In this document: positions 19,035 through 27,050 of the stretch, in pieces
Layout of the letters: every line of letters begins with the position of its first letter
How positions within the stretch are numbered: the first letter of the stretch is position 1
Assembly (NCBI GenBank): GCA_026713745.1
Contig: JAPONU010000255.1
Span: forward strand, 8,371-72,370
Source of the DNA: a bacterium
GTDB lineage: Bacteria > Actinomycetota > Acidimicrobiia > Acidimicrobiales > CATQHL01
Direction: 5' to 3'
Length of the DNA stretch: 64,000 nt
Translations under genes and position numbers: made by a program
The notes under the pieces: generated by a model
Database searches by the model: none
Told to the model about the DNA's origin: nothing
What the model saw: the letters and a program-made list of their open reading frames with translations, nothing else

Positions 19035-20479
19035 AGCGCGGGCACCTCCGGTGTGGCGCCCAGCAAATCCCGCACCACCGCGGCGTCGTCGAAGGGCAGC
19101 GACCGCCCAGCGATGACCTGCGCCGTCTCGTGTCCCTTGCCGGCCACAATCACGACGTCATCGGGGCGCGCACCCGCCACGGCGGCCGCGATGGCGCGCC
19201 GACGGTCGAGTTCCAGTTCTACCGCGGCGCCCTGAGCGCCCGCCATGATCGATCGGGCGATACTCGCCGGGTCCTCGCCCCGAGGATTGTCAGAGGTGAT
19301 GATGATCCTGTCGGCAAGGCGGGAGGCGATGGCTCCCATCGCCTCCCGCTTGCCTTCATCCCGCTCGCCGCCGCAGCCGAAGACCACGGTGAGGCGAGAA
19401 TGCGCGGGCAGCAGGCTCCGGCCCGCGCTCAGCAGCTGCTCCAATGCCGCCGGAGAATGAGCGAAGTCAACGATCACCACCGCTGGGAACTCAGTGACCA
19501 CCTCGAAGCGGCCCCGCAGGTGCGGTGCCCGCCGGAGCCCCTCGGCGATCTCGGCCGGTCCGGCCCCCAGAGCGTCGGCCAACGTGGCCGCCACCACCGC
19601 GTTGGAGACGTTGTGCGCGCCTCCCAGGGGCAGTGAGATCTCGATCCCGCGCCAGCGGAACCGGCTCCCGAGCGCGGCGACCTCCAACATCTCTGCGTCG
19701 CCGATCGAGCAGCGCCGCACCTCCCCGCTGATTTCGGTAGCGAGGCGCCGGCCCCAACCGTCGTCGGTGCAGATCACCGAGACGGCAGTCCTGGCACTCT
19801 CGAAGAGCGTGCGCTTGGCTCCGAAGTAGTCCTCCATGTCCTGGTGGTAGTCGAGGTGCTCGGGAGAGAGATTCGTGAACGCCGCGGCCGCGAAGCGCAG
19901 CCCCTCGACCCGCTTCTGGGAGAGCCCGTGCGAGCTGACCTCCAGCGCCGCGGCCCGCGCCCCGGCTTGTCGCGCCGCGGCCAGCCGGCGAGCCAACCCG
20001 GTTGCTCGCGGGGTGGTGAGAGTCCCGCTCAGGGTGCCGATGGCGACGCACTGTCGGCCTGCGCGCTCCAGGATGCTGGTAAGCAGGTGGGTGACGGTTG
20101 TCTTGCCGTTGGTTCCCGTCACCCCCGCCAACTCCAGGTGTTCGTGCGGCGACCCCGCTCCGGCCAGAGCCAGGGGACCCACAGCGGCGCGCACGTCGGG
20201 AACGAGCAGTTGCGGCAGCGCTACGGGGAGGGGGCGATCCACGACCAGCGCGGCCGCGCCGGCGCCCGCCGCCCGCTGCGCGAAGTCGTGACCGTCCACC
20301 GATCGCCCCGGCACGCAACAGAAGAGGGATCCGGCTTGCACCTCGCGGGAGTCCTCGCAGACCGCGGCGATCAGCGGATCCTCCGACGCCACGCCGGACG
20401 GGACGTGCAGCCGACCGGGGACCCGGCTGTGCAGTACCAGGGCCCGCAAGGCCTGCGGCTCACCCACGCAGGTCTCCAA
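19031..20479 (-). CDS. murE: UDP-MurNAc-L-Ala-D-Glu--2,6-diaminopimelate ligase (MurE, not MurF)
   Basis: GVTGTNGKTTVTHL, EVSSHGLSQKRV, FTNLSPEHLDYH, DFAHSP, GCGGERD, the mDAP-specific DNPR motif (SDNPRGEDP) and AGKGHE. Start is TTG 20479 or GTG 20467; both overlap the ftsI end. Confidence 0.9.
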   Translation of the reverse strand: METCVGEPQALRALVLHSRVPGRLHVPSGVASEDPLIAAVCEDSREVQAGSLFCCVPGRSVDGHDFAQRAAGAGAAALVVDRPLPVALPQLLVPDVRAAVGPLALAGAGSPHEHLELAGVTGTNGKTTVTHLLTSILERAGRQCVAIGTLSGTLTTPRATGLARRLAAARQAGARAAALEVSSHGLSQKRVEGLRFAAAAFTNLSPEHLDYHQDMEDYFGAKRTLFESARTAVSVICTDDGWGRRLATEISGEVRRCSIGDAEMLEVAALGSRFRWRGIEISLPLGGAHNVSNAVVAATLADALGAGPAEIAEGLRRAPHLRGRFEVVTEFPAVVIVDFAHSPAALEQLLSAGRSLLPAHSRLTVVFGCGGERDEGKREAMGAIASRLADRIIITSDNPRGEDPASIARSIMAGAQGAAVELELDRRRAIAAAVAGARPDDVVIVAGKGHETAQVIAGRSLPFDDAAVVRDLLGATPEVPAL

Positions 20480-22256
20480 GCGTCGTCGCAGCCAGTATCA
20501 GCTGGGGCTCGCCGTCGTCGGGTGGCGGAACCTTCAGGCGGCGCAGCGCGATCCGCGCCAACTCCGCGAACGCCGGCGCGGCGGCGCTCCCGCCATAGAT
20601 GGTGGTTGTGGGCTCGTCGATCACGACAATCAGCGAGAGCTCCGGAGCCGATGCCGGCAGGAACCCCACGAACGTGGCGACGTAGCGATAGTTCCCCGCC
20701 TCATCGGCATAGCCGCCATTGGGATGCGGCTTGCGGGCGGTGCCTGTCTTGCCGGCCACCTCGTAGCCCTCGACGGCCGCCCGCCGCCCCGTACCGCTCT
20801 CGACGACCTCGCCCAGGATCCTGCGCATGTGGGCCGCGGCCGCCGTGGAGACGACGCGGCGCGATTCCAGGACTGATTGCGGGCTCGTCGGCTCGCCACC
20901 GGGCGCGGTCACGTCCGCCACGATTCTCGCCGGGACGTAGACGCCGTCGTTGGCGATGGTGTTGAACGCCTGCAGGAGTTGCAGCGGCGTCAACGAGACG
21001 CCCTGGCCGATGGAGATGGTTGCGAGCGAGGTCCCCGACCAGTTCGCCACGCTCGGCAGCAGACCGGCGGACTCGCCGTAGAGCTCCAGCCCGCTGCGCG
21101 CCCCGAGGCCGAAACGGCGCAGGTAGTTCTCGAGTCCCGCCGCTCCGAGTCGCTCGCCCCAGAGGATCGTGCCGATGTTCGAGGATTCCACGACGATGTC
21201 GCGCACCGAGTAGTCCAGGACCGGATGAGGCGTGTAGTCGGTGAATTCGGAGTCGTGCACCACCAGGCGATCGGGCACTGCACTGGTGGTGGCCGGCGTC
21301 GCCAGGCCGGCGTCCAGAACGGCGGAGAACGTGAGCCCCTTGATGGCCGATCCGGGCTCGAAGGCCCAGGTGACGGCCTTGTTCTCGGCACCGATGACCA
21401 CCTCGCCGGACTCATCTCGGGTGGCGGTGGACATGGCCAGGATCTCGCCGGTCGCCGGGCGACCGAGGATGATCACCCCGCCTGCGGCATCGGTCTCGCG
21501 AACCTGGGTGGCCAGGATGCGAGCAGCCTCGAACTGCAGCAGTCCATCGACGGTAAGCCGCAGGTCTGCACCGTCGACGGCGTTGACCGACTCGTTGAGT
21601 CCGCCGGGAACGCTGTGGCCTCCCGGATACATCTCGCGCAACTCCGAGCCGTCGCTGGCGGCCAGAAGCTCGTCGTGGAGCAATTCGATGCCCGAGATGC
21701 CTGAGTGGTCGGTGCTCACCGAGCCGACGATCTCGACGGCGAACTCGCCCAGCGGATACTCACGATGCAACTCCGGAAGCGTGCCCACCCCCGCCAACGC
21801 CAACTCCTGCACCGCTGCGGCCTGCTCAGGAGGCACCTGGCGTTTGATGTAGACGAACTGGCCGGGGACCGACATCTTCTGGGCCAGCGGCGCCACCTCT
21901 GTCCCCAGGACGGGTGCGAGGGAGCTCGCCACGGCGAGCGGGTCACCGATCCGGCTGGGGTCCGCGTAGATCGCCGACCATTCCACCGATGTCGCCAGAG
22001 GTTCGCCGGAGCGGTCCAGGATGTCCCCGCGCACGCCCATCACGGCGGTCTCCTGGAGGCGATGGGACCTCGCCCAGGTCAGGATCTGGTCGTTCTCACC
22101 GAACTGCAGGTCGACGGTTCTCGCAACCAGCCCGGCTGCCATTGCCAGCATCACCAGAACCAGCACCGCCCGGCGCCCGCCGGAGCGGTAGCCCTTCGGC
22201 CCCGCAGGTCGGGCCCTCCTCGGGCTGTGTGCGTGACCACGGGTTGACTCGCTCAC
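20460..22256 (-). CDS. ftsI: Penicillin-binding protein 3-type transpeptidase
   Basis: N-terminal TM (VLVLVMLAMAAGLVA) and a PBP dimerisation region, with the transpeptidase motifs SAIKG (SxxK), SSN (SxN) and KTGTA (KTG). The GTG at 22256 overlaps the ftsL stop; the ORF-track extension to 22802 is discarded. Confidence 0.9.
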   Translation of the reverse strand: MSESTRGHAHSPRRARPAGPKGYRSGGRRAVLVLVMLAMAAGLVARTVDLQFGENDQILTWARSHRLQETAVMGVRGDILDRSGEPLATSVEWSAIYADPSRIGDPLAVASSLAPVLGTEVAPLAQKMSVPGQFVYIKRQVPPEQAAAVQELALAGVGTLPELHREYPLGEFAVEIVGSVSTDHSGISGIELLHDELLAASDGSELREMYPGGHSVPGGLNESVNAVDGADLRLTVDGLLQFEAARILATQVRETDAAGGVIILGRPATGEILAMSTATRDESGEVVIGAENKAVTWAFEPGSAIKGLTFSAVLDAGLATPATTSAVPDRLVVHDSEFTDYTPHPVLDYSVRDIVVESSNIGTILWGERLGAAGLENYLRRFGLGARSGLELYGESAGLLPSVANWSGTSLATISIGQGVSLTPLQLLQAFNTIANDGVYVPARIVADVTAPGGEPTSPQSVLESRRVVSTAAAAHMRRILGEVVESGTGRRAAVEGYEVAGKTGTARKPHPNGGYADEAGNYRYVATFVGFLPASAPELSLIVVIDEPTTTIYGGSAAAPAFAELARIALRRLKVPPPDDGEPQLILAATTLGDLRG

Positions 22257-22624
22257 GGCGCCGGAGGGACAGCCGGGTCCAGGTAGTGGATCGTGTCCGG
22301 CGGCACCATCCCGAGACGGTCCCGGGCTTCGAAGGCCAGACGTGCCGGCGACAGCAACTCGGCGCGCCGCAGTCGCAGTTGGCGGTCGAGGCTGACCGCC
22401 TCGTCGATCTGGCCGTCCAGCTGGTCGATGCGCCCCTGGGACTGTGTAACCACCGCTTGGAGCACCCCGATGGCGAACAGCCCACCGAGCAGCACGACCG
22501 CAGCGCGCAGGACGATGCGGCGCATGTGGTTCGGCCGCGGCCGCTCGCTCCCCACGACACGCAGCCGAGACTGCGCCCCCGCCTGCGGGGCGGGCGACCG
22601 GCGGGTCGGGAGGGCCCTGTTCAC
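22253..22624 (-). CDS. ftsL: FtsL-like cell division protein (single TM plus coiled coil)
   Basis: 123 aa with the TM IVLRAAVVLLGGLFAIGVL followed by a heptad-like QSQGRIDQLDGQIDEAVSLDRQLRLRRAEL. It sits between rsmH and ftsI, with GTGA overlaps at both ends. Confidence 0.6.
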   Translation of the reverse strand: MNRALPTRRSPAPQAGAQSRLRVVGSERPRPNHMRRIVLRAAVVLLGGLFAIGVLQAVVTQSQGRIDQLDGQIDEAVSLDRQLRLRRAELLSPARLAFEARDRLGMVPPDTIHYLDPAVPPAP

Positions 22625-23598
22625 GGTGTGGCCACCGGAAGCTTCTCGAAGGACCGCAGGCGGGCGCTCGAGGCGCGCGGGTTGCGCTGGATCTCGCACT
22701 GGTCCGGCCGGGCCACACGCCCGGAGAGCAGCCGGATACAGCCGGCGGCACCACAGACACAGGGGAGCTTCGGCGGGCAGGCGCAGCCGCCGGTGACCGC
22801 ATGGGCCAGCGTGTCCTTCACGAGCCGGTCCTCTCCGGAGTGGTAGCTGAGCACCACTCCCCTGCCGCGAGGCACCAGACGGCCGATGGCATGCGTGAGA
22901 GCCGGGGCGATCTGGGAGAGTTCATCGTTGACGGCGATACGGATCGCCTGGAAGCTGCGTTTGGCGGGATGCCCGCCGCGCCGGCGGTGCCGGGCGGGTA
23001 TGGCCGCTCGCACGACCTCGGCCAACTCGACGGTGTCATGAAGCGGGCGGCGCGCCACGATGGCCCGGGCGATCCCGCGGGCGCGCGGCTCGTCCCCGTA
23101 CTCCTTCAACAGACGCACCAGGCGCTCGACCGGCCACTCGTTGACGATGTGCGCAGCGCAGAGCGTCGCACCCGGGTCCATCCGCATGTCGATCGGACCG
23201 GCTGCTCGGTAGCTGAATCCCCTGCCGGCGGTGTCGAGCTGCATCGAGCTGACGCCCAGGTCGAAGATCACGCCCGAGAGAGCGTCGACCCCCAGCCGGG
23301 CGAGGGCCTCACCCAGGTCCGCGAAGCTGCACTGCGCCAGCCGGACGCCCCCGGCGAGCCGCCGAGCGGCGGCTGCGAGCGCTGCGGGATCCCGATCCAG
23401 CCCGACGAACCTCAGATCGGGTCGACACTCCGCCAGGGCGGCGGTGTGACCACCGGCCCCGACGGTGGCGTCGAGGAAGACTCCCGTCGGGATCGGCTCC
23501 AACACCTCGGTGACCTCGCGAACCATGACGGATTCGTGCCCGCCGATGCCGGGGCCCTCATGGACGGCCACGGTGCCGCTGCACTCGCGGTTCGTCAC
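22621..23598 (-). CDS. rsmH: 16S rRNA (cytosine1402-N4)-methyltransferase
   Basis: HESVMVREV, FLDATVGAGGHT, FDLGVSSMQLD, SFQAIRIAVNDEL and SYHSGEDRLVK. Confidence 0.93.
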   Translation of the reverse strand: MTNRECSGTVAVHEGPGIGGHESVMVREVTEVLEPIPTGVFLDATVGAGGHTAALAECRPDLRFVGLDRDPAALAAAARRLAGGVRLAQCSFADLGEALARLGVDALSGVIFDLGVSSMQLDTAGRGFSYRAAGPIDMRMDPGATLCAAHIVNEWPVERLVRLLKEYGDEPRARGIARAIVARRPLHDTVELAEVVRAAIPARHRRRGGHPAKRSFQAIRIAVNDELSQIAPALTHAIGRLVPRGRGVVLSYHSGEDRLVKDTLAHAVTGGCACPPKLPCVCGAAGCIRLLSGRVARPDQCEIQRNPRASSARLRSFEKLPVATP

Positions 23599-23720
23599 TC
23601 AGCAATCCCCCGACTGCCAGGCCCTCGCGGCGATTTGTTCCGTCGCAAGGAGGATGGCAAGTGGGCGGAATAGGAGTTGGCTGTCCTCCTGCCAGCCGGG
23701 GGATTGCTGAGCGACGAACG
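23589..23720 (-). promoter_or_regulatory. Long-range RNA helix in the mraZ-rsmH spacer that sequesters the rsmH SD and start codon (candidate mraW-type leader motif)
   Basis: The arms 23598-23621 and 23688-23711 are reverse complements (22/24 on DNA; 23/24 with one G-U on the sense RNA). Seven further pairs follow (23590-23596 with 23713-23719). The 3' arm contains GGGGGA, then a 7-nt spacer, then the GTG. Confidence 0.45.
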
Positions 23721-23736
23721 AACGCGAGTCGATCGT

Positions 23737-24207
23737 TCACAGCCAACTGCTCTCGGACCAGGTACCCAGGCCCGTCTCGTCGGTGAAGGCGTTGGCCCCA
23801 CCGACCGTCTCCAGCCAGACCTCGCGGTTCCACAACTCGATGCGCTCGCCGACGCCCGCTACGAAGACGCGGGCGTCGCTCTGGTCGGTATCGACGTGCA
23901 GTACGTCGCGAAGGGGCTCGGGCACGACGATCCGGCCCTGCGCGTCAGGCCTGACGGGATAGCCGTTGCCGGAGAACCAGCGGAGCAGGTTCTGTCCCGT
24001 CCCCCGGGTGCGCACCTCTTCCTCGAGTCGCCGGTAGGCGGCGTCGAAACTCTTCTGCCGCCAAAGCCCCAGGCAGGGGCTCCCGGGAACGCGGCCCAGG
24101 ACGCACCGTTCCTCGGCGTCCACTCCTCCTCGAAACTCCGGTGGGAGCGAGACGCGCCACTTGCCGTCGATGGAGCGCTCGTGGCTGCCGGAGAATGTTC
24201 TATCCAT
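23737..24207 (-). CDS. mraZ: Transcriptional regulator MraZ
   Basis: MDRTFSGSHERSIDGKWRVSLPPEFR and a second SpoVT/AbrB-like half DAQGRIVVPEPLR form the duplicated MraZ fold. It is the first gene of the dcw cluster. Start at ATG 24207. Confidence 0.9.
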   Translation of the reverse strand: MDRTFSGSHERSIDGKWRVSLPPEFRGGVDAEERCVLGRVPGSPCLGLWRQKSFDAAYRRLEEEVRTRGTGQNLLRWFSGNGYPVRPDAQGRIVVPEPLRDVLHVDTDQSDARVFVAGVGERIELWNREVWLETVGGANAFTDETGLGTWSESSWL

Positions 24208-24267
24208 AGCGTGTGGTATCTCACGAACTCGGCGCCGTGCGCTGGGCACAGCGCGGCGGTTCTCGAT

Positions 24268-24297
24268 GGGAAGCAGTATAGGGACTGCTTCCCTTTT
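24268..24297. other. Perfect 9-bp stem-loop (gggaagcag-tataggga-ctgcttccc) followed by TTTT on the plus strand
   Basis: Read directly from the sequence. On the plus strand it looks like an intrinsic terminator, but no plus-strand gene precedes it. On the minus strand it lies just downstream of the predicted mraZ promoter, so it would be a 5'-terminal hairpin, or a tract-less terminator for the gene upstream of mraZ. Confidence 0.4.
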
Positions 24298-24303
24298 CTC
24301 ACC

Positions 24304-24332
24304 ACAATAGACCACTCTCCCCCACCGAACAA
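24304..24332 (-). promoter_or_regulatory. Candidate SigA-type promoter of the mraZ/dcw operon
   Basis: The minus strand reads TTGTTC (24332-24327), a 17-nt spacer, then TATTGT (24309-24304), which fits TANNNT. It lies about 95 nt upstream of the mraZ ATG in one of the few AT-containing patches. This is prediction by eye only. Confidence 0.35.
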
Positions 24333-24429
24333 GCCAATCGGCCCACAGAGGTGGTCTCGACGAGCCGGTGGAACTCCCCAAGCAGCCGCCCGGCAAAGCC
24401 CGTGGGAGTGATGCGCCGGTCCGCCCTCC

Positions 24430-25146
24430 CTAGGGCACCAGGGTCTCGGTATCCAGCGCCCCGGTCAGCGCCTCGAGAATCCTCGATTCGGATACCTCGA
24501 GAGCGCCCGCGCAAACCGCGAGATCGCGCTCCAGCACGCCGCGCCTCCCCGGCGGCATCCCAAGCAGGCCGGCGAGGGATCCGGGCTCCCAGCGCCGCAG
24601 GAGCCCGCACTGGAATCGCGCGCCGGCGCTACTGCGTCGCTGGGACAAGCCGACGACCTTCCGTCCCTCCACGAACACCTCGCCCGGGCCGCGCCCGGCG
24701 AAGCAGACCAACGATCCCCACGGGCCGGGCTCGTAGGGGCCCTCGTAGACCTCCGCGGCGATTCCCACTCCGGTGAGCACAGTCCGCCACAGCTCTCCGA
24801 GCCACAGGAAGGCTCGCCCCACGTCGTGGTGCCACAGCCGATCGCCCCGCGGCACCAGAACATCGATCCACAGCAGATCGGTGTGCGAGACCAGCACCAC
24901 TCCCCCGCCCGAGCGGCGACGCAACACCGTCAGGCCGCGCCGGCGCGCCGCCGTCGCATCCACCAAGCCGGGGCGCTGCCCGCTGCCGAGCACAACGGCC
25001 CCGTCGCCGGGCCGCATGACCCATAGCTCCCGGCGCGGGCGCGGGCCGGGGACGATGCCGTGCAGGCTTCGCACCGAGCCGGTTCGCTCGACGATTCTCC
25101 AGGGCTCCGGCGAACCGCCCGTCGTGGCGGCCTCGCCGCGCCTCAC
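24430..25146 (-). CDS. Lipoate-protein ligase/octanoyltransferase-family (BPL_LplA_LipB domain) protein
   Basis: RRSGGGVVLV and the catalytic-Lys region VEGRKVVGLSQRR resemble LplA/LipB. The GTG at 25146 overlaps the upstream HNH stop (GTGA). Confidence 0.65.
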   Translation of the reverse strand: MRRGEAATTGGSPEPWRIVERTGSVRSLHGIVPGPRPRRELWVMRPGDGAVVLGSGQRPGLVDATAARRRGLTVLRRRSGGGVVLVSHTDLLWIDVLVPRGDRLWHHDVGRAFLWLGELWRTVLTGVGIAAEVYEGPYEPGPWGSLVCFAGRGPGEVFVEGRKVVGLSQRRSSAGARFQCGLLRRWEPGSLAGLLGMPPGRRGVLERDLAVCAGALEVSESRILEALTGALDTETLVP

Positions 25147-25652
25147 GCCGACAGGGCTCGGTCGTTGCGCAGGTACGCGCTCCACTGGTCGGGGACCTCG
25201 CCGGCACTGAGGCGGATGAGGGTGGTCCACGTCGGCGGGTGCGGCGTCCGCCGTAGTCGCATGCCGATCTCGCTCGGGAGACGGTCGCGCTTGCGTGTGT
25301 TGCAGCGTCGGCAGGCCGCCACCACGTTGTCCCAGGTGTGCCCGCCGCCGCGGCTGCGAGGCCGGACGTGGTCGACACTGTCGGCCCGGTGGCCGCAGTA
25401 CTGGCAACTGTGGTCGTCCCTCGCCAGCACGCCCCGCCGGCTCAACGAGCCCCGCCGAAGGTAGGGCACCCGGACGTAGTACTGCAGGCGAACCACCGAC
25501 GGGATCCGGAGGCTCACATTCTCCGATCGCAGCACAACGCCGGTGAGGTGCACCGCGTCGGCCTTCCCGTCGAGCACCAGCACAGCGGCGCGGCGACCCG
25601 GCACCACGCTCAACGGCTCGTCGGTGGCGTTCAGCACCAGGGCCCGGGTCAT
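25143..25652 (-). CDS. HNH endonuclease-family protein
   Basis: RDDHSCQYCGHRADSVDHVRPRSRGGGHTWDNVVAACRRCNTRK is a classic HNH CxxC...H...N...CxxC motif. Start at ATG MTRALVLNA. Confidence 0.8.
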   Translation of the reverse strand: MTRALVLNATDEPLSVVPGRRAAVLVLDGKADAVHLTGVVLRSENVSLRIPSVVRLQYYVRVPYLRRGSLSRRGVLARDDHSCQYCGHRADSVDHVRPRSRGGGHTWDNVVAACRRCNTRKRDRLPSEIGMRLRRTPHPPTWTTLIRLSAGEVPDQWSAYLRNDRALSA

Positions 25653-25686
25653 GGCCTCACAAGCTAGCCCGACGGGGCGTGCCGTC

Positions 25687-25947
25687 TCACATGTTGCGGG
25701 CACAGTCCCGCCTGAAGGACCGTGCCCACCTCAGCCACGCCACGACGTCGGCCCCGGTGGGCGGGCGGTCCGGATCGCCGTAGGCGGTAACCGAGCGAAG
25801 ACCCCGGTACGACGCGGACGCGGCCGCGCGCACCTGCCGCAAGGCCTCCGGCCAGAGCAGCGGGCGGCGCAGCACCGCCCAGCCCACCGCCAGGATCGGG
25901 CCACCCAACCGGCGCCGCGGGGGAATGCGACTTGTCGGGCCCACCAT
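25687..25947 (-). CDS. Small hypothetical protein (86 aa)
   Basis: The ORF has strongly G/C-biased third positions and sits at the head of the HNH/LplA-like operon, divergent from moxR. I recognise no family, so the call is weak. Confidence 0.35.
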   Translation of the reverse strand: MVGPTSRIPPRRRLGGPILAVGWAVLRRPLLWPEALRQVRAAASASYRGLRSVTAYGDPDRPPTGADVVAWLRWARSFRRDCARNM

Positions 25948-26048
25948 CGGCGTACCCTAATGGGGCACGGGAGCCCCCGTCGGGCTCGGTACCGAACCCA
26001 CCCGGACCCGTGCAGGACCGCAGGCGAGCACACACCGGATCTGCCAGA

Positions 26049-27038
26049 GTGACCAACGCCAACCCCGAGCCGCAAACCCCTGCTCCGACCCAGGGAGGCT
26101 TCGCGGCCACCTTCGAGGCCATCGCCGCCAACATCGAGCGGGTCGTCAAGGGCAAGCGCCGCCTCGTGCGGCTCCTGCTGCTGTGCCTGCTCGCCGAGGG
26201 GCACGTGCTCCTGCGCGACCCTCCCGGCGCAGGGAAAACCGTGCTCGCCAAGACAGTGGCACGCACCCTCGGTCTCGAATTCGGCCGCGTGCAGTTCACG
26301 CCGGACCTGTTGCCCAGCGACGTCGTCGGGGTGTCACTGTGGAACCCGGTTCTCAATGGCTTCGAATTCAGGCCGGGGCCGGTGTTCGCCGGGCTCCTGC
26401 TGGCCGACGAGATCAACCGCACGTCGCCCCGCACCCAGTCCGCGCTTCTCGAAGCGATGGCCGAGCGCCAAGTCACTGTGGACGGCACAACGCATGCGCT
26501 CGCCGCACCCTTCCTCGTGATCGCCACGGAGAACTCCGAGGAGATCGAAGGCACGTTCCCACTCCCCACCAGCCAGCTCGACCGCTTCCTGATGAGTCTC
26601 AGCGCAGGATTCCCGGATCGTGCCGCAGAGGCGGAGATCCTGGATTCGCATCTCACCGGGAGCCCGCTGGACTCCCTGCCCGCCGTCACCGACACAGCCT
26701 CGGTTCGGTCGATGATCGACATGGCCCGGGCCGTGCACGTCGCGCCGGCCGTGCGCGACTACCTCGTGGATCTGGCCTTCAACAGCCGCGTCCACGGCTC
26801 CATCGCCGGCGGGATGTCACCGCGCGCGGTGCTGGGCCTGCAACGCGTGGCACAGGTGAGGGCCGCCGCCTCCGGACGCAAGTTCGTCCTGCCCGACGAC
26901 GTCAAGGACGTCGCCCGACCGATCCTGATCCATCGCCTGACCTTGCACCAGAGCGCCCAATTCAACGGGATCACTCCCGCCGCAGTGATCGAGGAGATCC
27001 TGACCGACACCCCAAGCCCGCCGGTCAGCGTTCGCTGA
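26049..27038 (+). CDS. MoxR-family AAA+ ATPase
   Basis: GHVLLRDPPGAGKTVLAK (Walker A), FTPDLLPSDVVG, LLADEINRTSPRTQSALLEAMAERQVT (Walker B/sensor) and ATENSEEIEGTFPLPTSQLDRF. Start at GTG 26049. Confidence 0.92.
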   Translation: MTNANPEPQTPAPTQGGFAATFEAIAANIERVVKGKRRLVRLLLLCLLAEGHVLLRDPPGAGKTVLAKTVARTLGLEFGRVQFTPDLLPSDVVGVSLWNPVLNGFEFRPGPVFAGLLLADEINRTSPRTQSALLEAMAERQVTVDGTTHALAAPFLVIATENSEEIEGTFPLPTSQLDRFLMSLSAGFPDRAAEAEILDSHLTGSPLDSLPAVTDTASVRSMIDMARAVHVAPAVRDYLVDLAFNSRVHGSIAGGMSPRAVLGLQRVAQVRAAASGRKFVLPDDVKDVARPILIHRLTLHQSAQFNGITPAAVIEEILTDTPSPPVSVR

Positions 27039-27050
27039 TCGGACGGCCAC

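Noticed and set aside
17907-19235. 442-aa plus-strand ORF opposite mraY
   Set aside because: It is antisense to mraY (NAVNFTDGLDGLA, APIHHHFE) and has no family features.
19031-20479. Calling this gene murF from its position just upstream of mraY
   Set aside because: The motifs are those of MurE (EVSSHGL, DNPR, GCGGERD, DFAHSP). MurF signatures are absent, so it is called murE and murF is noted as missing.
25143-25652. HNH endonuclease as a sign of a mobile element, homing endonuclease or defence system
   Set aside because: It is a small stand-alone HNH protein coupled by GTGA to a housekeeping-looking operon. There are no flanking repeats, intein or intron context, restriction-modification partner or integrase.
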